A stretch of DNA of 64,000 nucleotides from Narcine bancroftii (GCF_036971445.1 NC_091471.1:359724001-359788000), one strand, 5' to 3'; shown: positions 25,886 through 38,990, counted from the stretch's first letter. Numbers and translations: made by a program. The notes: generated by a model not told the origin, from the letters alone.

Positions 25886-26159
25886 CCTGTTTATATATTT
25901 CTTGCATATATATTTCTGGATAAAGTTTATTTTTGAAATAAAGAAAAACGAAAGTTGCTCAAGGTGCCCATGGAATTCAATCCCAAGTGATCGTGCATGA
26001 GTTTCAGGTTCATTCCACATGGCTTCACATGTCTATTCATCTGCATGGACTCAGTAAAATAGATGTCACCAGCACGTTGGCTGCCAGTGTTACTTGTTTC
26101 TCCTCATTGGTTGTGAACCTGTCTGTCTGGTTCAAGGGGCTGGGGAGGTTGTAGAGGAG

Positions 26160-26390
26160 CACTTAGTGGTTAGCACAACACTACTATAGCATTAGCAACC
26201 CCGGTTCGAGTGAGATACTGTCTGTCAGGAGTCTGTACATTTTCCCCCATCTGCCTTAGTTTCCTCTGGGTGATTTGGTTTCCTCCCACCCTCCAAAAAT
26301 GTATAGGGTTTATGGGCTAAATGGGCAACACAGGCTTGTAGGCTAGAAGGGCCTGTTACTGTGTTATCTCTCTCAATATTAAATGGAATT
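26160..26390 (+). mobile_element. V-SINE
   Basis: A-box-like AGTGGTTAGC, B-box GGTTCGAG, V-core. Confidence 0.85.
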
Positions 26391-27869
26391 AAATTAACAG
26401 CAGCTTACAAGGTAGATACAGGGAATGAGAAAAAGTTGGGAAAATGGCAGGAGGAGAGACAAAAGGAGAGAAAGGCAGCCATACGACGCAGATGGCAGAC
26501 CAAAGGAGTGAGATTCAGTGTCCCTTGCTCTTCCCACAAAGGGGCAGGAAACCCTCCGGGCAACACATGCACCAGCGGAGAAAGATCACAGGGGAGGTCA
26601 GCACCAGGAGCTCTGTTCCCAGCACTTGCCTGCGGTGTAGAACTTCGATCGCAAGGTCTCAGCCCGGCTCTCATGGGGAGAATTTTAACTCTCACCATCC
26701 CACACTGTCACCACCTGTAGGAACACAATGGTGACAGCTATTCGCTCGCTATTTCCGCTCCCCCTGACGATCAGTGCAGCAGAGCCTTCTTCGTGATAGC
26801 ATGGTGAAGTTCTACAGCATAGAAACAGGCCCTTATCCCATGCTCGTCCAGCAGACCAAGTTGTCTCACTGACCTAGTGCCATTTGCCTTGGTTTGACAC
26901 ATATCCATCTAAGTCAATGAACCAAAGACACTGTGTCATACTTTTAGTGCACTATTATGTTATTGTTATTTAATTTTTATAGTAATATCGTAGGATGGTT
27001 ATAATTGGTAAGTTTGCACTAAGACACTGCAGCAAAACCCTAAATTTCATGACTTGTTCGTGACAAAAAAAAAATCATGGCACTGATTCCGATCTATTGT
27101 TTCCTTGCAGCTGCCTGAATGTCTTTTAAATGTTGTAATTGTAACTATAGGCACTCCCCGGCTTACGACCATAATTCAGACAGAAGAATCAATCATATCT
27201 CGGAATGGACAAATGTCGGAATTGCACACATCTGTTAAAAAAATGTAAAGAAAAAATATAAAATTTATGCTGGTATGTTGTACTTCCATGCAAGTCCTGC
27301 CCTGGTTTAACTCATCAAAAAACAACACTTTACACTCGTTTGAGTTAAATTCTATCTGCCCTTCCTTGGCCAACTTTTCTAGTTGATCTAGATCCTGTGG
27401 AAATCTTAGGTGGCCTTCTTCACTGTCCATTATACCATTAACAATAGTGTCATTCATCTTCTACACCCACTCACCATCTCCCCTCTTCTCCCTTCCTACC
27501 TTTACTCACCTCAAATGCTAAGAAATTAATTAATCAATCTTCTCCAGCCCATTCTGACAAAATTTCCCGAACTTGCCACTCGAGGATGTTTCACACATCA
27601 TCACATGTGAAGCAGGGAGCACTGTGGTCAAGGGGATGTAGAGCCTCTCTCTGGAGCGTGAGATGACCCAGTCATCTCAAGAAGATCAATTCCTGCTCTC
27701 GTATTTCATGTCTCGTGCTGTCTAATATTTATTGTGGAATAAAACATGGGGCTTTACAATCCTGGCACGGTTCTACTGCTACTGCTACTGGTCGAATCCA
27801 TATGTGGATTCATTGAACATGGTTGGCTATGATCCATGCTCATTAAGTTTACTAGCACCCTCTCTCCAA

Positions 27870-28295
27870 TATTTTTATCATTTTATAAATATATGTATAT
27901 ATGCCCATATGTAGATAATAAGAATATATATCTAACAAAGTAAATGGATATTAACAAATAGCTGTAAACAACCTGAGACGAAAATATATATAAAACAAAA
28001 ACTATTCTAATAATCTAACCTTACCCTTGTGAACTTATGATTAAACATACATGTTCTATTAATCCATGAAAGAAAGGACAACCAAACCGTAAAATAGGAT
28101 CTAATAATAATAAATTCTGAAAATAATTAAGTAATGACCCCATAAATTTAGAAAGTTAAGGTTCATTACATTCAGTAGAGCATCTAATTTTTTTTCCAGA
28201 GTCCAGCATGCCACCACATCAGATAACTATCGAGTCTGTGTAGGAGGGACACCATCCTTCCATCTCATAATTATAGGTCTTCTAGCAACTATATG
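27870..28295 (-). mobile_element. L1/Tx1-type LINE 3' end
   Basis: Minus translation VARRPIIMRWKDGVPPTQ...LEK resembles the L1 ORF2 C-terminus, followed by an AT-rich 3'UTR. Confidence 0.7.
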
Positions 28296-28644
28296 GGATT
28301 GTAACACAGGCAAATTTAAATCAGCTGAAGGATTAGGATATACTAGCAACTTCTGTACTCTTTATCCTATTGTTATGGGATTTTATGTAGACCAGAACCA
28401 ATCCATAGAAAGTTCATCACTCAAGAAAGTTTTGTTCACGCTGTCCACTGAGATGATCAAACTAATTACTCAACTCTGACTGTAATGAAAGAAAGACTCA
28501 CATGTTATGTTACCTTTGAAGCATCACAAAGTTCCAGTTAGTTTTCCATTTTGAAATAGATGACAGCTAATTTGTGTATAACAAGCTACCAGAAACAAAG
28601 GTGGTAGCTCACTTTTGTACATCAAAATCTTAAATGTTATTTTT

Positions 28645-29415
28645 ATATGTCGCCAAAACCAAAGAGCTAATTGTTGACTTCAGGAAGGGTAAAACAGAGG
28701 TGTACAATCCAGTGATCATTGGGGGATCAGAGGTGAAGAGGGTGAGCAAATCTAAGTTCGTGGTAGTCACCATCTCAGAGGAACTTGCCTGGACCCAACA
28801 CACTAGTGGCCTCTCAAGTTTGCAAAGGTTTGGTGTGACAGCAAATCTTGGCAAATATCTACAGATGTATGGAAGAAAGTGTGCTGACCGGATGCATCAC
28901 CGTCTGGTATGGGGACTCCAATATCCCTGAGCATAAGGTTCTGCAAAAACATAATGGACACAGCCCAGGACATCATTGGCAAAACCCTCCCAATTATAGA
29001 GTATATCTACAGGGAACACTGCCATCAGAGAGCAGCAGCAATCATCAATGATCCTCAGCAGCCAGAACACACTCGGTTCTCACTCCTGCCAGCAGGAAAG
29101 AGGTATAGGTGCCACAAGAAACACACTAGCAGGTTCAGGGACATGCACGAGCAGGTTCAAGAACAGCTGTTACCCCTCCACCATCAGACCCCTCAACAAC
29201 AATCTCAGTGAGGGATTCATTTAAGGACTGTTACTTTTGTACTTTAGCATTTCATTGATTTTTTTTTCTCTATGCATTGCAAAGTTTGTTTACTTTTCTT
29301 TATTTACATTTTACACTACCAATTAAGTGGTAATTCTGCCTCACCTGAAGGAAAATGAATCTCAGGGTTGCATCAAATGTCATGTATGTACTCGGACAAT
29401 AAATCTGAAATCTAA
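28645..29415 (+). mobile_element. Rex1/Babar 3' fragment
   Basis: KTKELIVDFRK, ESVLTGCITVWYG, YREHCHQRAAAII; tail ACAATAAATCTGAAATCT. Confidence 0.9.
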
Positions 29416-30307
29416 ATGAAAGGTTAACATTGAAAGGAACTGACTATAGGTTGAAAGGAAGTAATAAAAAAAATTGCATAATCAGAGTTTATGAATTTAG
29501 AGTTTGTTCTTTTTTTGTAATGTCAAGTGTAACTGGGCTTGCAAATATTTCACTGAACACATCTGAAGGCATCACAGAAGGACATCTTAAAATAATTTGC
29601 TCTACCATATTCCATATATGCCAACATCCAAATTGTCTAAAATAGCAGAATTACAGTAAAATCAACTTGGGGCTGCTTTTGCAACATAGACATAATTCAT
29701 AGCATGGAGTCATTCTGCTGAACAGTAGTGGAAATATAAAAGAATTACACCAAGGTGTAGTGAAATGAGAAACCCTGGCAAACTGCAGACTCAATGCCCA
29801 GTCAAGGATAACTGGTTCCAGCTATTCTTTACAATTCTCTGTTATCATTTATAAGGCCAGGAATTAATACATTTCATGCTCAGTAAAGGTGTCCCTGCTG
29901 ACTCCATTGTTTGTCCAAAATACTTTAAGCAGATTTTATATTCCCAAAAGCAGATTTAAAATGGCAACAGAATAAGTGATGTTTGTTTGAAGGCTGATTG
30001 TACCCTTGGCATTTGAGGTACAGTTTGCAAGGGAATATCTATAAAGATTCTCAACCAAACCAGATGGGGCAAACAAAATCCGCAAGGGATCCAAATATTG
30101 AATGCATCATTATAAAATATCTGGCAGAGGGGAGAGATCCTCAGGCAGCAGGGATCTAGTACTTGTATGTATTGCACCAGGGATCTATTTTGGACAAGTT
30201 GGCCAAGGTTGCCAAGATATCTACATGACATTATGCCAGATCAGGCTGTGATGCGGGAAATAATTCAAAGCTTGAAAGCAAGTTATGAGGAGGCAACAAG
30301 GAGCCTA

Positions 30308-30539
30308 CGTAGAGCGCGTCGAAAGAACCAAAGGCTTGTTGATCCAAACCAAGGCTTTTATTAACTAAAAGACTGGAGCATATCATATGTAGGTCAACCA
30401 GTCCAGAATGACCTGGTCTGGCTAGGAGCAATCCTTTTAAGGCCTGCCAGTAGGCGTGGCTACACTCTCAGCCAATCACAGTCATCCTACACTATAATCT
30501 GCACCTAGACACATTGGTGATAGAATCTGTACTATCACA
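30308..30539 (-). mobile_element. Solo LTR, 232 bp, same family as 55632-55869
   Basis: Reverse complement aligns with 55632-55869. 5-bp TSD GCCTA (30303-30307 and 30540-30544). Terminal CA mutated to CG. Confidence 0.92.
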
Positions 30540-31028
30540 GCCTACAAGGGGTTTGGCAACTTCATTGATCACATTTCATGGTAGTTCTGAGCTAAAGGAC
30601 CTTTTTTGGGCTGCACTGTTAAAAATGAGTGGGAGAAAAATTACAAAGGTCATATAACGTGGGAAAATGTTTGGTTGGAGCAAGAGATAAGCAGACTTTT
30701 GCCCCACCTGATAGTCAAGTGTATTTCATTGAAAGTTATTTTCCAGGTCAGCAGTTGCCGTGGACTCACTGAAAAAAAGTTTTTTTTGGCCCATGTTCAA
30801 GCCAGAACAATGGTTCCCCCTGCAAATAACACAACAAAGTTCTGCAGCATTACTGTGTTACAGTCTGTATGAGATTGTATAAAGCAGCTCTTGTTTGGTG
30901 CAACGATAGCAGAGGTGTGTGAGAGTCTGGATAAGAACTTAGACATGGACCATATGACCCTTTGAAGCTTTCTGAATATTCAGTATGATCATGGTAGACC
31001 CTGTCCTATTTCCATATCCTTTAATCCC

Positions 31029-31127
31029 TGTGGTAAACCATTGTTGTGCCAGGATTAGCTGCTGCTAGCTGGACACACCTCCTGAGACTGATCCTACCCA
31101 GAGCCCCCCGCATAAAGGTTCCAGAGT
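31029..31127 (+). mobile_element. Truncated LTR-like fragment related to 52510-52712
   Basis: Shares TGTGGTAAACCA, CTGGACAC, GATCCTACCCA and GTTCCAGAGT in the same order. Confidence 0.65.
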
Positions 31128-31334
31128 AAGGGAGCAAGAGTTGGGACAAAAAAAAAGCACCTTGTTTTTCAGTTTCCTTTCATCTCATTTGGTCATTGAA
31201 TGTTTGTTTAGGTGATTCGTCGGAACAATAGCGATGGCTCAGGCAAATCTTCCTTGTTTGAGTGAGTTTGGAATTACAGCCACCATTTGAATCGAGGAAA
31301 TGGACCCAAGCCCCATACACTGAATCTGCAACCT

Positions 31335-31632
31335 GTCAATAATTGCTTAAGGTGGCCTGTGAGTGGGAAAGGAAAGTTGAGAACTACTGCTCTAGACCCA
31401 GTTTTAACTAAAATATTTTGCTTGAGAAAATTTGTCATTGGCCCATTTCCTTTGGAGTTATGAAACCGTGAACATAACAAGTCAAGTAGGTACAATTAAA
31501 ATATTGGTTTTCAAACTTTTTCTTTCCACTCACATACCATCTTGAGCAATCCCTCACTAATTACGAGCACCTACGGCGTAGAGAATACCTAAAGTAGTAT
31601 GTGAGTGGAAAGAAAAAGGTTGAGAGCCACTG
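31335..31632. mobile_element. Composite hAT-Charlie MITE, same family as 50373-50476
   Basis: Right-end motif GTGAGTGG..GTTGAGA.C.ACTG occurs twice (ending ~31389 and 31632); palindromic second unit at 31503-31632. Confidence 0.8.
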
Positions 31633-31769
31633 CGTGTAGGAGGTAAATGAAAATATTATTTTCTTTAAATGTTTATCACTTTGGAGTCTGCTCTGTTTGC
31701 CACTTCAGATGAATGAGCAACCCTGGTCAAAAATAAAATTTTAAAAGGTTTGCTTTCTGAAAAACATGC

Positions 31770-32260
31770 ACAACTTCAAGCTGAACACAAAGATAATTTC
31801 AGATTCGTTGTGGCATGTAGGATGTTGGAGAAACATTAAATTAACTTTTATTGAATTTATCCCGTTTAATCACAAAATGATGCTGAGAAATTGCATTAGT
31901 TCAACTGACATAAAAATGTTTTGCCGCTGATTTTCATTTGTACTCAGCATCTGATGCCTCTCATGTCAGTGTCCAACATTAGACAGCCAGCACTGATGGA
32001 TTTCAGTTGTCCTGGTACTGCTTTTCCATGATCACATTTCACCACGTTCATCACTGACAACACCAAGATCAGCAGGGAAGAAGTCCAAGTGTGAATGCAG
32101 AAAATGAATTTTCAATTATATGTTTCATGGTTTTGTATGCTTGAAGTAAACTTAAAATATGACCCCCAAAAAAATCACAAAATTAGGTTATATCTAATGT
32201 GATTTTTGTTATCTGCAGACCAAAATCCATAAAATACACCCAAAATCTTCATTGTCCAGT
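31770..32260. repeat. ~500-bp diverged direct repeat, copy 2
   Basis: Colinear with 21687-22205; 40-bp identical block at 31927-31966. Confidence 0.9.
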
Positions 32261-33082
32261 CTCAAACATATTACATCCTTATGGAAACACAATCACAATT
32301 CATATAAATCATTCATCAAAATTCATAAACTCATAATAAGTTTCCCACACACAAAGTTCAATTCTGTAAAAGATTCCTGTTCTCTCCAGCGCATAGTTGG
32401 TGCATTTCCCATTAAATGTAGAGAATGTAAAACCTCTTTAGTAAAGCTATAAAAGCCATTTGCTATAGACCTCATGGCACTGCTTCCCTGTCAACAGTTT
32501 GATGAAACTTAATCACTTTCGACTGAACTCTTGTGCAGACAATGTGAAATTTGATACTACATTAATTCACTCATCAATGTGGTAATTAGCTTATTCAAGT
32601 GGTCTTTGGCTAGTTTAAGTCAACAGCCCCTGCTGGCATGACTGGTTATAGCCAGGGTGAGTTGCAGGGTTGATATGCAATTTATTGCATTCCTTGACAG
32701 AAACTTTAGTAACTCAGGTCACAAGAGAGTCCAATGTATCAGGGTTTGCATCTGCTCTCCACTTGCAGCTATAAACTAGGCAAAGCCTTTCAAGTTGAAG
32801 ACAAATTTTAAGCATATTCCATTCTATTCGCTGACCATAGCTTTTCCAGCTTCCAGCCCCAACAAATATGGCAAACTTTCTGTGAAACCATAGAATAAAT
32901 AAATACAACATGAAGCTATTTGTCCGTGTGTATGTACTTGCGTGGGTTGAGTGGGATGAAAATTACATGATATTTGTATGAAACAGTATTCTCCACCTTA
33001 CCTCCACATGAAATAGAAAGTAAGTTGCTATGATCCATTCAAGATTTTAATCAAGTGGGAAGCAGCTGTGAGATAGAAATAT

Positions 33083-33694
33083 ATCCAGAATTCAAGCAAC
33101 CGGCAAAATAATCCAGGAAAATAAATTAATTAATTAATTGAAATTTAAATTAATGCTTAATATTGTAAAAGCAAATGTTCTCTGAAGCAACACATACATA
33201 TTTGGTAAAGATGGGAGCAAATATTCAGCCAGCGGAGGGCCTTGGCTGTGCTTTGCTTGTCGCAGCTGTTTGAATAAAATTGCATCACCCAGGATGTAGC
33301 CATTGGGGGTGACCCTCTTAAAGTGTCTCCTTCTCCCTGCTTGGTAAAAGTTTTCGTTAGTATATTATTAAGTATATTAATGAGGCTTTATCTGTAAATT
33401 AGGGGGGGGGGGGGAGGTGTTAATTAATTTGTTATTGTTTGTCGTTCCTCCCCCTCAGTGGAGGGGAGGAACCTGCAGATGCAGCAAGAGTTAAATGTTT
33501 TAAAAGAACATAAGGTCAAATGTTTTAAGGTTTCTATATTCATGTAAGTGAAGTTTATTCTGTGTAAAGTACATTGTAGTGTTTTTGTGTTTTTTAACTG
33601 TTTATTCTGAATGCAGACATCGTGAGAAACTGGGAAACTCGGTTATCCGGCATCCACCAATCCTCATTGGTTCCGGGTACCGTGGGTTTTACTG
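33083..33694. mobile_element. pogo/Tigger-like non-autonomous element, left end missing
   Basis: Right end GGTTATCCGGCA...GGGTTTTACTG|TA. Confidence 0.65.
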
Positions 33695-35141
33695 TATTTT
33701 AAAATGCATCAAGTTGAAGATCAGATGGAGGGATCACAAACTTCATCACAAAAAAAAAACACACCATAAAATCACTTCAGGTAGAAAACAACTGGATCAG
33801 CATAATTATGACATGAAAGCAGAAGTATTTTTCAATTTCTCAATGATATTGTAGCAAGAACATAAGAAAAAAAACCCCACTTAAAACAGTGATCAGAGAG
33901 TTCAGTTAAATGGAACAGGATGCTTGAAACATTTATCCCATAATGTCGCTGTGTTCAAATGCCCTGTGCAGAAAAATCAGTAGTGTATTTGGCATTGTCC
34001 TTGCATGTCCAAGGTCTATGTATTCTCACAGTGGATATGGGTTGGCAAGAGATTAGGATGATATAGGAAGAATGAAGGTAAGAGGCAGTTGAGAGCTAGA
34101 GAAAGAGTGTGTCAGAATCGTCACTGAAGGGCTGGGGTGAACATTGGCTCATGCAAGCAGTGGCCTGTGTGGTTGTAAGATAGTTGGTCAGGCAATGGTT
34201 GGAGGTGTTTGCATTTATTTCAAATGCTTAACCTAGATGTCGCCAAGGGTGAGAATTTGGAAATGATGATGGATGTTCAGGAAATGTGAGAGGCGTGCAG
34301 AGAGTTTTGAGGTCCAAAAGAGAACTCAATGACCAATGTGGGGTCTCAAGGGCAGCCTGTAATCTTCAAAGCAAGCTGGCAGGACCTCTTTATCAGTGTC
34401 CCACAGACAAGAGATGGTGCCAAGGAACTCCACTGAGCACGTTCAATCTCTGCCATGCATTAGAACAGCAGACACACCGAGGTTCTTGTAAGGTTAAAAA
34501 CCTAGGGTTTTTGATTTGTAGTTAATTTTTATTTCTATCCCTTTAAGTAAGAATTATTTGTAGTGTTACTATGTTGGCATACATCGTAATATCCGGGCAC
34601 ACGGGGAGCTTGCTCTCATTCTTCGGAGAACCATGATAGAGATGCAAGCTCTCGAGATTTGTCTTAATCATCTTATTTCATATTAATCATCTTTTATTAT
34701 TGTTTTATTTCATTATGTCTATTAAATATAGCCGAATGCTTTGTTTATTCATCGTATGAAAATCTCATTGCGAAGTTATGCAAAACCTCAATTCATTTTT
34801 TCAACCAATTAAAGGCTACATAAAGCTACAACTATGAAGCTTGGTTTATTGGAGTGATAAGATAGTTAGCCAGAATATCAATGCTTACGTGTCTGTGAAG
34901 ATGAAATGCTTTAAAATTGGGAAATACGAAAGATTGGGAAGTGTCATTTATAGTTCTGAACAAAAATTAAGATCCATATACAATGAACCTGAAGTCTCTA
35001 ACTTTAATTATATGCCGAATCCACTTTCTTTGGCCACATTACATCTGCTAAAGATTTGACAGCATGTAATAAACATGCAACCCAGCAGCTTAGGAACAGT
35101 GTGAAATATTCAAGCTGTCCCTCTGTTCCCGAGCCAAGTTA

Positions 35142-35257
35142 AAACACAATTTTGGAGAAACTCAACTGGTCAAACAGAATACTTTATATAGCAAAGATAA
35201 AGATACATAACCAACATTTTGGGCTTAAGCCCTTCATCAAGACATGCCTTCATCAGG
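35142..35257 (-). mobile_element. Penelope-terminal mini-element with a hammerhead-like core
   Basis: Minus strand CCTGATGAAGG..CTTGATGA-A-GGGCTTAAGCCC-aAAATGTT; homologous to 61481-61590. Confidence 0.75.
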
Positions 35258-35447
35258 TTGCCATCGAAGTTCTAAAGTTCACAATCGTTGGAGCTTTTTG
35301 AACTTTTCAGAATGAGTTGCTGCCTGGTGTTTGGTGAATCTGTTTGCTTGCTGCTGCTGTCTGTTAGACTCAGTTAAAGATATTTTGTGGGGTTTGCAGC
35401 AGTGGTCCACTATTACTGTCACAGAAATAGAGAATGGAAACTGTCAT

Positions 35448-35648
35448 CACGACTGTTCAAATCCCGCACTGGCTGTAAGGAGTTTGTACATTGTCCCTGA
35501 GTCTGCCTGGGCTTTTCCGGGGGCTCTGGTTTCCTCCCACCTTTCAAAATGTACCAAGGATTTGTAGGTTAATTGGGTGTAATTGGGCACCATGGGCTCA
35601 AGGGCCAAGATGGCCCTATTACTGTGCTGTATGTCTAAACTAAATTTA
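35448..35648 (+). mobile_element. V-SINE
   Basis: GTTCAAATCC B-box, V-core, tail GTCTAAACTAAATTTA. Confidence 0.85.
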
Positions 35649-35889
35649 AAAGAAAATGTTGGTCATTGAAAAATGCAGGAGTAATGCAACTGGAAACATG
35701 TCAACTACTTCACTGGAGATATCATAATTTCTTGAATTCAGCTAATTGACAGGATGCCTGTCAGTGAATCCTATTTCAGCTCATCTCAGACCAAATATAG
35801 AAGTCCAGGGCAAGCTGGAGTTCAGATGCCTCTCAGCTTAAATCTCTGGACCTCCTTCTATTGAATGAGCCCACCAGTCCCCTGGTAAA

Positions 35890-36109
35890 ATGCTATTGCC
35901 ATGCCAGTGACTCAGGTTCGAATCTGTTGTCATCTGTAAGGAGTTCGTATGCTCTCATCGTGGAAAAATATGGGCTATTTCCATGTGCTCCAGTTTCCTC
36001 CCATTCTCCAAAGATGTATGGGTTGAGTAGTTTAATTGGTCTCATGGGTGTAATTGGCACCATGGGCTGCAACAGCGTTGCGCTAACCGCTATGCCAACT
36101 GTGCCGACC
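35890..36109 (+). mobile_element. V-SINE fused to an inverted V-SINE head
   Basis: Plus-strand body 35890-36066; 36067-36109 is the reverse complement of the SINE 5' head. Confidence 0.8.
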
Positions 36110-38276
36110 ACGTTACATATAATAACCAATACAGACTGTCTGCAGATAAAACATAAATTAATTTTAAGAAGGTCCTTTAAAAATATTCTAATTCTTACTT
36201 TTGGTCCATCAAGTTCACGGAAAATCTGCTATTGTTTTCCAGCATGGGACAATCAGTTCACCATAACAAGTCAATCTTTCAATGGTTCTCATACCCTTGT
36301 CTCCAGGAAAACAGCTTGGGCTTTATTTTTTTAAATTATTTTAAGGTTTTTCAGTGAGTTTTAATCACTTTATTTATAGATTACGTGACTGGTTTTCAAT
36401 TGAATTGGGTCACATTACGATGATCAAATTTTACAAGCACCTACAACCTAATAAAACCCTCCATGTAACAAGTACTATCAAGCCAACATTCAACTGAAGG
36501 CGTACGTTTTTGTTTCAATGAGATGCAGTGTCACTATTTCAAATAAAGTAAAGCTGTAATTGTAAAGTAGAAAGTGCTTAACGTACTACCATGCAGCTTG
36601 ACAAAATATCCTTTCATTATATTCAAGATTCCAGAATCAAAGCAATTTCTTTCCTGTTATCAGATTCTTCAGGGACCCCTCATAAGTAAAAGTTAATGAC
36701 TTGATCTCACAAAATCCTGTTTTATTGGAACCTTTGTGCTGCCTTTTTAACTATGCTTTTTTTTCTATGACCCTTGTTTCTGCTTTTTAGTTTAATTTTT
36801 TACACTACTTAAGTGTGAGTTGACTTGCCTGGATAGAACACAAAACAAAATTTTTCCACTCTACCATCAGTGCCCATGCCAATAAACATTTCAAACCAAT
36901 TAATGTCTGCTAGACATACATTTTTTTTCTTTTTAAATTATTTTCATTCATTTTAAACATTACAAATTTCAAAATAAAATGAAAATCTGTTACGGAAGTG
37001 TTATATATGGCAATTCATCAAACAGAACATCAAAAGTATATAAATTGAAAATCATAATCCAGGTAATATTCCAACAAAAGCATTTAAAAAATACATTGCA
37101 GTCCTGTCAAACATGGCTCACTGGACAGCATTCCTTGCCTTGGCTTTGAATTGGAAGGATCAAGGCCTGCTCCATAGTCCTTACTACAAATGTCAAAGCT
37201 GGCACTTTCATGTAGTACTGAAGGAAAGCTGCACATCTGAGGCAGCAAGCACACATAATAAGTTATTAAACCAGCATGCTGCCTGCTGCACTGCCTGCAG
37301 GAGGGCAATGCTTATACTTCAATTTATATCTTAAAAGAAGATTCTGAAATATAAATAACGAATGCTCGAATTCATTAGCAAGTGCATCGAGGATGTCAGA
37401 GAGATCATATGCTGCACAACTAGGGCTAACCCAAAAACCATGGTTGGACGCAGAGGTCCGTACACTTTTCAGAGCTCAAGGTGCTGCCTTCAGGACAGGA
37501 GACAAGATGGCAGGATGATCTGCCACTTCTGAACTCTCCCATGCAATCTGGAAGGCAAAGTGGAGGTATTCATCAAGAATCCACGGTCAGCTGTGCGATG
37601 CCAGTGACACAAGGCCCACGACGGCAAGGCATCAACAATAACAGATCACAAGACAACCTTGCGAGTCAACAACAATGGTGTCTCCCTTCCGGACAGACTG
37701 AACACCTTGTATGGAAGGTTTGACGAGAACAGGCTGATGCCAAAGAAAGCTCCATCTCTCCCTGAGATTCAAGACCCTTGCATAGCCACAGCTGAGGTGA
37801 GGAGGATCCTATCCAGAGTGAACCCACACAAGGCAGTGGAACCAGACAACATGCCCAGTCGGATACTGAAGGACTGAGCAATGGTCCTTACAGAGATCTT
37901 GAACATGTCATTGCAGCAGTCCATTGTCCCAACAGATTTCAATCCTGGTACCAAAGAGATCAACAGTACAGGCCTCCATGACTACTGCCCAGCATTATGA
38001 AATGCTTTGTGCATCTTGTGCATGTCCCAGAGACGCTGGACTAATTTCAACCGTTTCGCTGATGATGCTATTCCCTTGTCCCTCCCCTCTGACCCATCTG
38101 GAGAATGATGCCCTCTTACATTAAGATGCAGTTCATTGATTGAGGCTCAGCATTCAACCATGCCCCAGGGGCTATGACTCAATACCTTTCTCGGTAACAT
38201 GATTCTGGACTTTGTAATTTAAAGACCATGGTCTGTCTGGATTGCAAGCGGAACATCAAGCATCATCACACCGAGT

Positions 38277-38990
38277 TAAAATTCAAATTTATTGTCACCC
38301 GACTGTACAAGTGCAACCCAATGAAATAGCGTTCTCCGGTCGGTCCTCAGTGGAAAATCATATCAGAATTAACATACATACAAATAAATGATACATATGC
38401 AGCACGTATATAAAAATAAATAAATATAGTTTAATAAATAGAAGAGTCTCAAGGGGTTTATATGAGCAGTTCATTCAGGATTCTCACTGCCTGTGGGAAG
38501 AAGCATTCTCGCAGCCTGATGTTTCCGGCTCTGATATGGGAGAACCTGAAAGATGCTGTGTGAGGGGTGGTAGGGGTTCTCAGTGATTTTGTGAGGCCTC
38601 TTCAAACGATGATCCTGGCGGCAGATAATGAATGTCAAAGGGTGGGGGGTGGTGAGGGAGACACCAGTGATCCTCTGCCCCTCTTAAGAACTTGTGGATT
38701 GACCTCCAATCCAATGCTCTGAAACCACCATGCCATACTTTAATGCACCAGGTCAGGACACTCGCAAGCGAGCTCCCGTAGAAAGTTGAGAAGATGGTGG
38801 CTGGTAGCCTTGCCCGCTTCAGTGTTCTGAGGAACTGCAGTCACAGATGCGCCTTCCTGAAAAGTGAGGAGATTTTGAATGTCCAGGATAGGTCATTACT
38901 TAATGTGTATTCTGAGGAACTTGGTACTTTCTACTCTCTCCACGACTGAGCTATTAATGTGGAGTGGAGGGTGGTCATTCCTGGTCGTCT
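38277..38990 (-). mobile_element. Rex1/Babar 3' fragment nested in the opposite orientation
   Basis: Reverse-strand Rex1 tail (TTTATTGTCA) and RT 3' region; homologous to 62025-62590. Confidence 0.82.

Noticed and set aside
26361-26734. Overlapping ~100-aa ORFs in a GC-richer patch
   Set aside because: No recognisable domain; the frames after the minus-strand acceptor close quickly.
30167-30307. DQ...IIQSLKASY resembling a pogo DDE motif
   Set aside because: The match is short, the spacing is wrong, and no other transposase motifs lie nearby.
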